Shown in pieces: positions 44,903 to 53,396 of a stretch of DNA of 64,000 nt. The notes under the pieces were generated by a model. It did no database searches. It saw nothing but the letters and a program-made list of their open reading frames with translations, and was not told where the DNA came from. This DNA comes from Desulfobacteraceae bacterium (GTDB taxonomy: Bacteria > Desulfobacterota > Syntrophobacteria > Syntrophobacterales > Syntrophobacteraceae): positions 86 through 64,085 of the forward strand of contig JAJFUA010000443.1 in the NCBI GenBank assembly GCA_021372635.1, in the 5' to 3' direction. Numbering within the stretch: position 1 is the stretch's first letter; every line of letters starts with the position of its first letter. The position numbers and the translations under genes are program-made.

Positions 44903-47900
44903 TCAATCATCCCCCCGAAGCGCGCTTTCGGCGGCGGCAATGGAGCCGCCGGGCAGCATTCGATCCGTTGCGGTGTCCTCAAACGATGCCTTGCCTTGAT
45001 CATCGAGAAGCCTCCAGAGAAGCATCTGCTTGCGAAGTTGCTTGACGAAATTCCTGTTTGCCCGAACCCATGCGGAACGTTCCCCGGAAATGCGGACCAT
45101 CCGGATCGCGATTTCGAGATACCCCACGTTGTCCATGGACGGGCAGCAGTGCAGTTGAAGGATCTGCTTGATGCCGAAATCGAACGGCGCCAGCCAGACG
45201 GTTGTCCGCAGAAGGAGGCAGGCCGGAGGAGGCGGAGCGGCGGATCCTCCGCGGGGTACATCGAGACTCATGGCGATTTCGTCCGTTATGAACGCCTCGT
45301 TCACCGTATCCTTGTGGGATGCGTAATAGGCGTGGAGAAAACCCATGACGCCATTTTCCTCTTCGCCTTTCAGGAGAAAGGGCAGGTTCATGACAATGGC
45401 GTCCCCTTCGGGTTCCGGTAGATTCCAGGAGTGGTTGACGTCGGGCATGGCTATCGTGGCGGCGACCCTTGCCGGGTAGAGAGAGGCGAGGAATACGACG
45501 GAGAAGACGAGGAACATGCAGGCGACGCTGGCGAGAGAGGAATAGTTGAAGGTGAGTTGGGAGAACAACGCGGTATGCCCGAGATATTTGGCGCTGAGTT
45601 GTGCCAGGATGTATCCGACGACGGTCGAGATGACCGCCATGGAGAGCGCTTCCACGATGAACAGAAAGGCCACGTGAGTGGGGGCGAGCCCGACGGAAGT
45701 ATACGTGGCGATCTCCCGCTGCCGTTCGTGAACGTGCCCGATCATCGTGTTCAAAGTGATGAAAATCACGATGAGTATGGGCACCAGCAGGTTCGCAGCC
45801 CCCTGGTAGCGAAGCGTCGAAACGGCGCTGTGGTACCAGGTACCGTTTTCTCCGACGAAAAGGGGATAGGCCAGCCAAGAGGAGAGCCGGTCTGCGGCCT
45901 TGAACGGGGAATCCCCATTCCGAGGAAGGACCGAAATCACCTTCAGAGCGCCCCCATGGCGGATGCAGGTTTTGAAGGGAACGATGACGGTCCTGTCCGC
46001 GCTCGCGTAGCGGAAGCGCTCCGATTGGGGCAGGACTTCCTCTCCGGATTGCATGGCCTCGATCTCCGCCTCGGAAGCCTCTTCGCCCTGCTTTATTTCG
46101 AGGAAGGACGGCAGAAAAGAGTTCTGATCGAGATCCTTGAGTGAATCGAGTACTGCCGCATCGAAATATCCGATCACTTTGAAAGGGTAGCCATCGATGG
46201 AGATGGAAACGTCGGAATCGCCCGCCGGATCGAGTCCCAGGCGCCGGGCGATGAAAACCGGCAGCAGGACCGCATCTTCTTCGCCCGGTTCGAACCATCG
46301 GCCGCGAACGATCGCGGATTGCACGCATTGCGGTGCCGCTTCTCCCATGCCCAGGATACTCTCCAGGGACGCGTGCCTCTCTCCCCTGAAAGCTCTTCCC
46401 ACCGTGCGCTCGGATGCATTGGGCGGTTCTATCCAGCCTCGAGGCCAGACTCTTTCGCCTCCGTCGGCAAACAGCGTCCGAACGCTCTCGAACGTCAGCG
46501 GGCCGAGCGAAAGGCGGTATTGATGATGGAGAAGGACCCCGTTATAGGAAGCGTCGTCCGCAATCCGAGTCCGTGCGGTCGAGTGCAGGCTCTTTACATT
46601 CGTGAAGGACATGACCGTAAAAGTCAGGATGACCAGGGTCAGACAACTGAGGCCGGTTCGCAGCTTTCTTCGGTTCAGGTTGGAAACGCCGATGGAGAAA
46701 CCCGCGCCGAAAGCCTGCCACTTCCCGTCTTGAGGGGTTTTCACCTGCGAAGCGTGTCTCCTCAACTCAGACATCTCCCGCTCGAATCTCATGAAGAGGA
46801 TCCACGACACCAGGAGCGAGAGTCCGACGATGAAAAAGGCGATGATGACCACCATGGGGCTGTAAGTCAACTGAAAGGCCGGGTTCAGAGATTTGATCGC
46901 AAGAATGGTGGCGACGAGAATCAGGAAAAATGCAGAAAGCTGCTGGTAAATGTTGCGGAAGGCGAACAGGAAGCGCTCGACGCAATATGCGAAGGGCACA
47001 AAAAGCGCAATGAAGAACATCACCCCGCCCAGCACGTCGCGCTGGGTGCTTTCCACTTCATTGTAAACGAGGTTCAGCCTGGCCCAGGAGGAAACGACGT
47101 GAGTCCAGAAATCTTCGTAGCGGTAACTGCCGATGTCTTCCGACGACTGCTTCAGGGTTCCGGAAGCATCCTGGAAAAGCGTCTCCAGGTGCCGGTTCAC
47201 GATGCCGTGCCGGGTAAGCCTTTCGATGCGCTCCCGGAGCAGGTGGTACATGTCTTGAGCCACCTGGAGGGGAACGACGGGAAGAATGGCGGGATCCCCG
47301 GCGAGAAATCCCCTTCCTTCCGGGTTCTCGCTCGTGCTGTTGAGAAGGAGAAGCTCTTTTCTGAGGAGCGAATCCGACATGACCAGTTTGAACCGGGTAC
47401 CCTTTTCGAGCAGGATCGATATGGCGGTAGTATCCCGCCCGTCCACCCTGGAAAACCAGTGGCGGAGCGGGGGGGCGCCTGTCACCGAATCGATGATGTC
47501 TGCCTTCGTGAGATAGCCGAGCGTTTGCGGGTTGAATGCCTGTATGACGTCGGTCTGCGTGCAGGGAAACATGACCAGCGACGTGCTGGCCGTATCGCGC
47601 TTTACGGCAAGCCTGTAGTTTACCTTGCCCGTCTTTACCTTGTCGGTCGCCCACGCAATGCGCCCAGAGGCCGGGTCCAGCCCGTAGGGTTCGACGATCA
47701 GCTTCTCCAGGGAAACGCGCCTGTTCGCGAGCCCAGGGATAAAGAACGATCCGTCGCGATGAACCATGGCCCGAAAAACCGAACTGCCCTGGATCACGGA
47801 AACGATTGTTCCTGGAGCGGGGCGGTCCGGAAAAAGCTCTCCCTGCCTGACGATCATGGCGCGGCCTTCCAGGCTTGCGAGGCCGGGGATTCCGCTTTCG

Positions 47901-49717
47901 GAAGCCAGGCGAAGGGATGGATGAGAAAATAGCCTGGTCAACAGGGGAGGGAGAAAGCGGGAGAGAGCGAGGAGGTTTGCCCGGTCCGTCCGATCTCCGG
48001 TATCGTGCGGCGTATTCCAGAAAGAGCGGTCGTCGTCCAGGCTCACGAGAGAAACGGCGGGAAGTCCTGCAAGTATCCCCACGTCACAGCAGGCACGCAT
48101 CGTGCCGGAAAACCGCGACGCATCGGTATCGGCAGAACTCCCCCGGACCCTGGTCCGGACAAGATTGGGCAGCCCCGTCGTTTCGGAAACCTCCGCGCCG
48201 GACTGGTTGAGAAAATTCAGCAGGCGCGTGGACCGTACGATCCTCCGCACGCTTTCGCGAACGGGGTAGGTATCTCCCATTTCCGCAAGTCCAATGGAAC
48301 GCGAATGAGAGGAAAGATGAAGGTTGAGGAAAAGGACCGGCTTGAATTCGTCCATCAGTTCCCTGAGCCTGACGCTCGATTCGATCGCACGCTCTCTGCG
48401 CTTGATCTCGTGCAGGCCGGCCTGCAAATCGGGTAAGGCGTCTCTGACGAGTTGCCGCGCGAGCTGCAACTGGATTGGTCCGAGCTGGGCAAGGCTGCCG
48501 ATGGCCGACAGATTGCGGTAAGGTTTGGGGTCCAGGGACGGGGGCATGCCCATCTGCCCCATAGCGTTGCGGTATTGTATCTCCCGGGCTAGATCGTCAG
48601 ACCGGTCCTTGGCCCTGTCTTCAACGAGCCGGGCAAGAAACTCGCGTTCCTCTCCCGACTCAACGGAAAACGGGTCTTCCTTTTGAGCCATCGCCAGCAG
48701 CCGGTCCGCCGCTCTTTTCTGTTTGCGAAGCTGCTTCGCCTCTCTCTGGAGATGATTGCTCCTCGCCGTTACGGACCAGATGAATTGACGCGTTCCCGCA
48801 ATGCTCTGCCCGTTGTTCACCGTGGCCAGGAAGAGGACCGGCCGCTCGGGGGGAGCCTCGGCGAGTTGCCTGACGAGCGAAAGTAATATGAGGATGGAGG
48901 AAGCTTCATCGGCTCCCGGTGCCGTGCCGAGAACAGGCGATGAGGAGTCGTAGAAGGCGTCCAGGACGATCAGTTCGGTTTTCAGATCGGGATTGCTGCC
49001 GGGAAGAAGGCCATAGCAGTTGCGCACCATTTTGTTCTTCCAGACCGCCGCCGATTTGACGGTCGCGCGGTATTCGCGGCTGTCGAGGGCGAGTCGCCTG
49101 AGTTCCGCTCCCGTTTCTTGGCCGACCCAGAACCGGGGAACCGCAATGGGCGTATTGGTCTTTTTGATGCCAAAATCACCGCTGACGGATTTGCCCGAAT
49201 CCAGAAACACGATGGCGCGCGCGCCCAGCATGGCCGCATTCAGCCATTTTTCCCCGGAGTTCATATCCATGAGAACGATGCTGTCCCGAATGGGATGCCC
49301 GTCCATTGAGGAGAAATCGCCGCTGCCGACGTAGATGAGAGTCCCGCCGACGCCTTCTCCGGGGGTGACCGGAAGATAGACGAGGTTCGGGCCCCAGGGA
49401 TAAACGGAGAACGTCTTCCCGGCGACTTCGAGGGAAGCGGAAACGAGTTGCGTGACGGGAGTCAGGAATTCCTGCGCTCCGACCTTCTGCAGCCCCGCAT
49501 CGGCGAAAACCTTCAGGATGTAGTCCGCGGCGAGGTCGCTTCCCGGCATCCCGGCCGAGCGGTCTCCGATGCCGCCGAGGAATGCTTCGTCTTCCGGATA
49601 GTACTGGGCGGAAGCTTCGCCGATGGGCACCAGCAGGAACATGAGAAAAAGCAGTGCGGCAATGGGGGCACTCAACACAGGAACGTGTGCTGCGGAGGAA
49701 GGTGCCCGGCCGGCCAT
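44903..49717 (-). CDS. Giant (1,604 aa) membrane protein: signal anchor, PA/M28-peptidase-like ectodomain (degenerate), carboxypeptidase-regulatory-like beta domain, 3 TM helices, MacB/FtsX-type permease module, cytoplasmic tail
   Basis: The M28-like blocks are DAFYDS, GADEASS, ATVNNGQS and WNTPHDT. A CarbopepD_reg-like segment is GTIVSVIQGSSVFRAMVHRDGSFFIPGL. The MacB-type module has a TM helix, an outer domain of about 270 aa, and three FtsX helices (ERQREIATYTSVGL). Its ATG shares one base with the ATPase stop. Confidence 0.8.
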   Translation of the reverse strand: MAGRAPSSAAHVPVLSAPIAALLFLMFLLVPIGEASAQYYPEDEAFLGGIGDRSAGMPGSDLAADYILKVFADAGLQKVGAQEFLTPVTQLVSASLEVAGKTFSVYPWGPNLVYLPVTPGEGVGGTLIYVGSGDFSSMDGHPIRDSIVLMDMNSGEKWLNAAMLGARAIVFLDSGKSVSGDFGIKKTNTPIAVPRFWVGQETGAELRRLALDSREYRATVKSAAVWKNKMVRNCYGLLPGSNPDLKTELIVLDAFYDSSSPVLGTAPGADEASSILILLSLVRQLAEAPPERPVLFLATVNNGQSIAGTRQFIWSVTARSNHLQREAKQLRKQKRAADRLLAMAQKEDPFSVESGEEREFLARLVEDRAKDRSDDLAREIQYRNAMGQMGMPPSLDPKPYRNLSAIGSLAQLGPIQLQLARQLVRDALPDLQAGLHEIKRRERAIESSVRLRELMDEFKPVLFLNLHLSSHSRSIGLAEMGDTYPVRESVRRIVRSTRLLNFLNQSGAEVSETTGLPNLVRTRVRGSSADTDASRFSGTMRACCDVGILAGLPAVSLVSLDDDRSFWNTPHDTGDRTDRANLLALSRFLPPLLTRLFSHPSLRLASESGIPGLASLEGRAMIVRQGELFPDRPAPGTIVSVIQGSSVFRAMVHRDGSFFIPGLANRRVSLEKLIVEPYGLDPASGRIAWATDKVKTGKVNYRLAVKRDTASTSLVMFPCTQTDVIQAFNPQTLGYLTKADIIDSVTGAPPLRHWFSRVDGRDTTAISILLEKGTRFKLVMSDSLLRKELLLLNSTSENPEGRGFLAGDPAILPVVPLQVAQDMYHLLRERIERLTRHGIVNRHLETLFQDASGTLKQSSEDIGSYRYEDFWTHVVSSWARLNLVYNEVESTQRDVLGGVMFFIALFVPFAYCVERFLFAFRNIYQQLSAFFLILVATILAIKSLNPAFQLTYSPMVVIIAFFIVGLSLLVSWILFMRFEREMSELRRHASQVKTPQDGKWQAFGAGFSIGVSNLNRRKLRTGLSCLTLVILTFTVMSFTNVKSLHSTARTRIADDASYNGVLLHHQYRLSLGPLTFESVRTLFADGGERVWPRGWIEPPNASERTVGRAFRGERHASLESILGMGEAAPQCVQSAIVRGRWFEPGEEDAVLLPVFIARRLGLDPAGDSDVSISIDGYPFKVIGYFDAAVLDSLKDLDQNSFLPSFLEIKQGEEASEAEIEAMQSGEEVLPQSERFRYASADRTVIVPFKTCIRHGGALKVISVLPRNGDSPFKAADRLSSWLAYPLFVGENGTWYHSAVSTLRYQGAANLLVPILIVIFITLNTMIGHVHERQREIATYTSVGLAPTHVAFLFIVEALSMAVISTVVGYILAQLSAKYLGHTALFSQLTFNYSSLASVACMFLVFSVVFLASLYPARVAATIAMPDVNHSWNLPEPEGDAIVMNLPFLLKGEEENGVMGFLHAYYASHKDTVNEAFITDEIAMSLDVPRGGSAAPPPPACLLLRTTVWLAPFDFGIKQILQLHCCPSMDNVGYLEIAIRMVRISGERSAWVRANRNFVKQLRKQMLLWRLLDDQGKASFEDTATDRMLPGGSIAAAESALRGDD

Positions 49718-50451
49718 CACACGACCTCGCCCACGGAAATCCTGAGCCTGTCACGATCCTCGACGCGATCGATCCTGCCGTCCCGTATCCAGACGACACG
49801 GTCGGAAACGTTCAGCATCTTGATATCGTGGGTGGCCGAAATGATGGTGACCCCCCGCTCGGTAGAGAGTTGTTTCAACAGGGTGATGATTTCCTCCCCG
49901 GTGGTCAGATCGAGGTTTCCCGTCGGTTCGTCCGCGAGGATGATGGCGGGGTCGTTGGCAAGCGCCCTGGCGACCGCCACCCTCTGCTGCTGTCCCCCCG
50001 AAAGCTCGGAAGGCTTGTGATGGTACCTCTCGCTCAGTCCGACGAGTCCCAGCAGTTCCATGCCCTTCTCGATATATTCCTCCCTGTTCATGCCGGCGAA
50101 AATCATGGGCAGGGTAACGTTTTCGATGGCCGTCATGACCTGTATGAGGTTGAAGGTCTGGAAAATGTATCCGATCTTTCTGCATCGCAGCCACGCCAGT
50201 TCGTAGGCGTCGAGTTGTGCGACATCCACCTCGTCGATAAAGACCCTGCCGGAGCTGGGTTTGTCGAGCGCCCCGATCATGTTGAAGAGGGTCGATTTGC
50301 CCGAGCCGGAAGGTCCCATGATGGAAAGGTACTCTCCCGCCCTGATGGAAAGATCGATGCCTTTGAGCGCTTGCAGTTGAACGCTTCCCATCCGGAAAGT
50401 CTTGGTGACTTCGGAGAGTCTGACCACGTTGTGCGTGCTGTCCTTGGCCAT
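49717..50451 (-). CDS. ABC transporter ATP-binding protein, MacB/LolD-like
   Basis: It has Walker A GPSGSGKST, the Q-loop, the signature LSGGQQQR and Walker B ILADEPT. I prefer ATG 50451 (MAKDS). Confidence 0.9.
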   Translation of the reverse strand: MAKDSTHNVVRLSEVTKTFRMGSVQLQALKGIDLSIRAGEYLSIMGPSGSGKSTLFNMIGALDKPSSGRVFIDEVDVAQLDAYELAWLRCRKIGYIFQTFNLIQVMTAIENVTLPMIFAGMNREEYIEKGMELLGLVGLSERYHHKPSELSGGQQQRVAVARALANDPAIILADEPTGNLDLTTGEEIITLLKQLSTERGVTIISATHDIKMLNVSDRVVWIRDGRIDRVEDRDRLRISVGEVV

Positions 50452-50508
50452 CGGAATCCCCACTCGATCCAGGGCCGCTCTTCGGGTTCCCGGCATGGCA
50501 CCCGGGTT

Positions 50509-51174
50509 TCACTGCTCCGCGCGCAGCGCCACCGCGGGCTGCATCTTCGCGGCGACGAGAGCAGGATAAATCACTCCCACGAGGGAAAGAAAAACGGCGA
50601 GAAGAGTCGACCACAATACGGTAAACATCACGTTCGCAGCCGGCCATGCGAGAATCACAGGCCATCCGAACTTCATGAGCATGACCAGGGTGGAAACGAT
50701 GATTCCGGAAAGGCTCCCGGCAAATCCCCCAAACAGGCCCTGGTATACGGATTCCAGGACAAAGATGCGTACGACGAAACTGTTGAGGGCTCCGAGGCAC
50801 TTGAAGGTGCCGATCTCCCGGAACCTTTCCGTGACCGCCATCAACTGTGCGTTGACGATGCCTACGACACAGACCAGGATGGAGAGAAGGGCCAGCCAGC
50901 GGTCTTTCGGACCGCTCCCGAATTGCCCGTTCAACTGTTCGAATCCGCTTGCAGCGATCTGCCCCTGCAAAGATTCATCCGCACTCGGCCATATGGCGTT
51001 CAAGATGTCGTAGCCGGACCACGTATAGGCTACGAAAGCCACGGCCAGCGACAGCGTGGCGGTGGTGATGAGGGAACGGAAAAGGCGTACCCTTATCGAA
51101 TTGAAGGAGATCTTGAAAACCTGTTTCCACGGCAATACGATTTGCCTCTGCACGGACTCGCGCACGGACTGCAT
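50509..51174 (-). CDS. Small FtsX-fold ABC permease (221 aa) with a minimal outer loop
   Basis: It has four TM helices. The FtsX-domain signature ERFREIGTFKCLGA lies between TM2 and TM3. Only about 45 aa separate TM1 and TM2. Confidence 0.75.
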   Translation of the reverse strand: MQSVRESVQRQIVLPWKQVFKISFNSIRVRLFRSLITTATLSLAVAFVAYTWSGYDILNAIWPSADESLQGQIAASGFEQLNGQFGSGPKDRWLALLSILVCVVGIVNAQLMAVTERFREIGTFKCLGALNSFVVRIFVLESVYQGLFGGFAGSLSGIIVSTLVMLMKFGWPVILAWPAANVMFTVLWSTLLAVFLSLVGVIYPALVAAKMQPAVALRAEQ

Positions 51175-51348
51175 CTCCACGTCCAGGGGATTTGATTCAA
51201 GTCCAAACGGCGAAGCCGGATAGGAATCGGGTTCCTGTCTCAGAGCGCGGCGGCGCAGGGTCTACAGGAGAAAATACCATCCCCGGCCAGGGACTTGACC
51301 CCGTGTGCACGCCGGCCTGCGAGGCGAACAATTACTCCCGCTCCGCTC

Positions 51349-51377
51349 AGTATATTTCACCGCGTAAAGCCGGACAA
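51349..51377 (-). promoter_or_regulatory. Sigma70-like promoter candidate for the ABC cluster
   Basis: The minus strand reads TTGTCC, a 17-nt spacer, then TATACT, about 165 nt upstream of the permease start in an AT-richer patch. Confidence 0.3.
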
Positions 51378-51845
51378 TAACAGAGATTTGGAAGACGAGA
51401 ACAGAATGTAAGAATTGTTGTGCTGCATTTCAATCGAAGAGGAAAAATCCGATGAAGATTTCCCGGAAGTCCTTTTATAATAGTTCGGGGCAAAGGGATC
51501 GGAATGGGCTGTTTCCAATAGAACCAACCCGTAAATGGATATGGGAAGGAAATGTCCCCGCTTGCCCGGATTCGTTTGCCTTTTACCCCGGACTTGACTA
51601 CCATCGACTGGAAGAGCGGGCCGGAACATGGCGAATTCCCGGAATTTTCCTCATGAACCCGCTTTCCCGTGGCGCCAGCACCGGCGGGAATGGCTCCCGC
51701 AGATTGCCGGTCATCCCCATGGGGCGACGATGCGGCGTGCCGAACGGGTGCTTGTTTCGAGCGATTCTGAATCGCCGGGGGGCCGGCCCGGAACAGGCTG
51801 TTGCGAAAACCCGGAAGGCAATAGGATATGGAGAGGGAAACCGAT

Positions 51846-52214
51846 ATGGAGAAGCGGAACTTTACGCGTATCATTTTCCACACCGAAGCCGCGGTCGTGA
51901 GCGGAGATCTTCGGATAAAAGGCGAGGTGGAAAACCTGAGCATGAACGGAATGCTCCTGCGAACGCCGGACCGCATTCCCGTAAGCGCGAACGCTCAAAT
52001 CAGAATCGTCCTCTCCGGGGCTTCACCCGAAATATCGGTGGAGGCGAAAGGGCATACCCTCAGGCACGAATCGGACGGGATCGCTTTTCAATTCGATGAA
52101 ATGGACCTGGATTCGTTTATACACCTCAAGAATATCATTGCCTACAACCGCGGGGACGATGGCGACGTCGCGGAAGAATTCGAAGGGTTGATCCACAGGA
52201 AAAAACAATCTTGA
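51846..52214 (+). CDS. Single-domain PilZ protein (c-di-GMP receptor candidate)
   Basis: RNFTR (RxxxR) is near the N-terminus and ENLSMNG (N-x-S-x-x-G) lies about 27 aa later. GAGAGGGA precedes ATG 51846. It is divergent from the ABC cluster. Confidence 0.75.
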   Translation: MEKRNFTRIIFHTEAAVVSGDLRIKGEVENLSMNGMLLRTPDRIPVSANAQIRIVLSGASPEISVEAKGHTLRHESDGIAFQFDEMDLDSFIHLKNIIAYNRGDDGDVAEEFEGLIHRKKQS

Positions 52215-52258
52215 CCGATAGGAACAGGCACCGGGCAAACGGCCCGCATTAGAGGTAA

Positions 52259-53344
52259 CTAGTCGAGAGGGGGGCGTTCCTTGCCCGAAGAAATCCCCGT
52301 CTGTCCCACGCCGAAGATACAGAGTGCATCCGCGAGCAGTGCCCCCACGGTTTCGATGCGTTTCCTGAACGGCGTATTTCGTATGTATTGCCAGCGCACG
52401 TCCCCCTTATAGTGTTCCGGCATCTTCAGGTTGTAGACCACGGGGGCCTTGAGTTCCTTGAATCCGGCCGCGTGAACCCTCAGCCACGCATCGCCCGACG
52501 GTATAACGTCGGTCAGGTATTCCACCACAACCTGTCCGTTGTCGAATATCGTTTCCGTTGCTTTCCTTCCGGCATTGAAGTTGCCGACCGTGGCGTCCGG
52601 GACCACCTCGACGAGGTTCCAGCCCGCAAGGATGAGATTTTTTCCGGTGTGGTTCAGGCTCTGCGTGGTTCCCCCCAGGGCGTCCTTCAAGATGGCGTCC
52701 TTGAGCCTGGATGCGGAGTAGAGCAAACGCTGTCCGAACCCCTTTGGTCCTTCCGGCGAATCTGGATGATATGCGCCGAAACTCAGGGCCGAAGCGACGT
52801 TTTTTAGAAAACTCACGCACGATCCCATGAGACCTTTCTGCTTCGCTTCCTGAATGTCCCCGTTTTCATCCCTGTATCGAATCTTCGAGCCGAACAACAG
52901 GTTGCAGAAAGCGTTTTTCACGTTGCCGAAAACATCCGAAAGATCTTTCCCGATGCGCGCAAAGAACGACTTTTGTTCCCCGTTTTCCGCCGAGACCTGT
53001 TTCTTTTCCAGGTCGTAACGCTTTCCGCCCGGGTTTCTGAGCAGTTGGTCGTCCTTGTACTTTTCGTAGTCGCTCATCTTCTGCTGGCTCGCGGCAGACG
53101 CCTGCCGGATATAGGCCTCGTGCGCTTTCGAGTCGGGAATGGATGGCACGGGCGGAGAATGCTGGACCGGGGGCGTCTTGGCGGCGGGTTCAGCGCCTCC
53201 CGCGTCCACGTGCGCAGACGAAGGCTGCTGGTTCGCCGAATCGAGGAGAAGCTGGAAGTTTTCCTTCCCGGCGCTTTTGGGGGGTGGTTCTCCCGTCGGT
53301 TGTACCCCGGGAGAGGCTATGGATGAAATATCCGATGTCTTCAT
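52259..53344 (-). CDS. Hypothetical protein (361 aa), no recognisable domain
   Basis: ATG 53344 (MKTSD) is preceded by GAGGTG. The first 110 aa or so are P/A/S/Q-rich, and I see no TM helix or signal peptide. It lies 52 nt downstream of cydB on the same strand. Confidence 0.5.
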   Translation of the reverse strand: MKTSDISSIASPGVQPTGEPPPKSAGKENFQLLLDSANQQPSSAHVDAGGAEPAAKTPPVQHSPPVPSIPDSKAHEAYIRQASAASQQKMSDYEKYKDDQLLRNPGGKRYDLEKKQVSAENGEQKSFFARIGKDLSDVFGNVKNAFCNLLFGSKIRYRDENGDIQEAKQKGLMGSCVSFLKNVASALSFGAYHPDSPEGPKGFGQRLLYSASRLKDAILKDALGGTTQSLNHTGKNLILAGWNLVEVVPDATVGNFNAGRKATETIFDNGQVVVEYLTDVIPSGDAWLRVHAAGFKELKAPVVYNLKMPEHYKGDVRWQYIRNTPFRKRIETVGALLADALCIFGVGQTGISSGKERPPLD

Positions 53345-53396
53345 AACGGTCCCGTTTTCACCTCTGCATGCGTCGGACGAATGCAGCATGCAACGC

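Noticed and set aside
46319-47932. Long plus-strand ORFs opposite the minus-strand clusters: 46319..47932, 49654..51195, 41755..42768, 39518..40828, 56801..58633, 59240..60823 and 38074..39114. The same-strand off-frame ORFs 43212..44630, 45000..46328 and 49751..50800 belong here too.
   Set aside because: All overlap CDS that have clear ABC, FtsX, Hsp70, transferase or TM-helix signatures. Their translations are charged, low-complexity sequences with no motifs.
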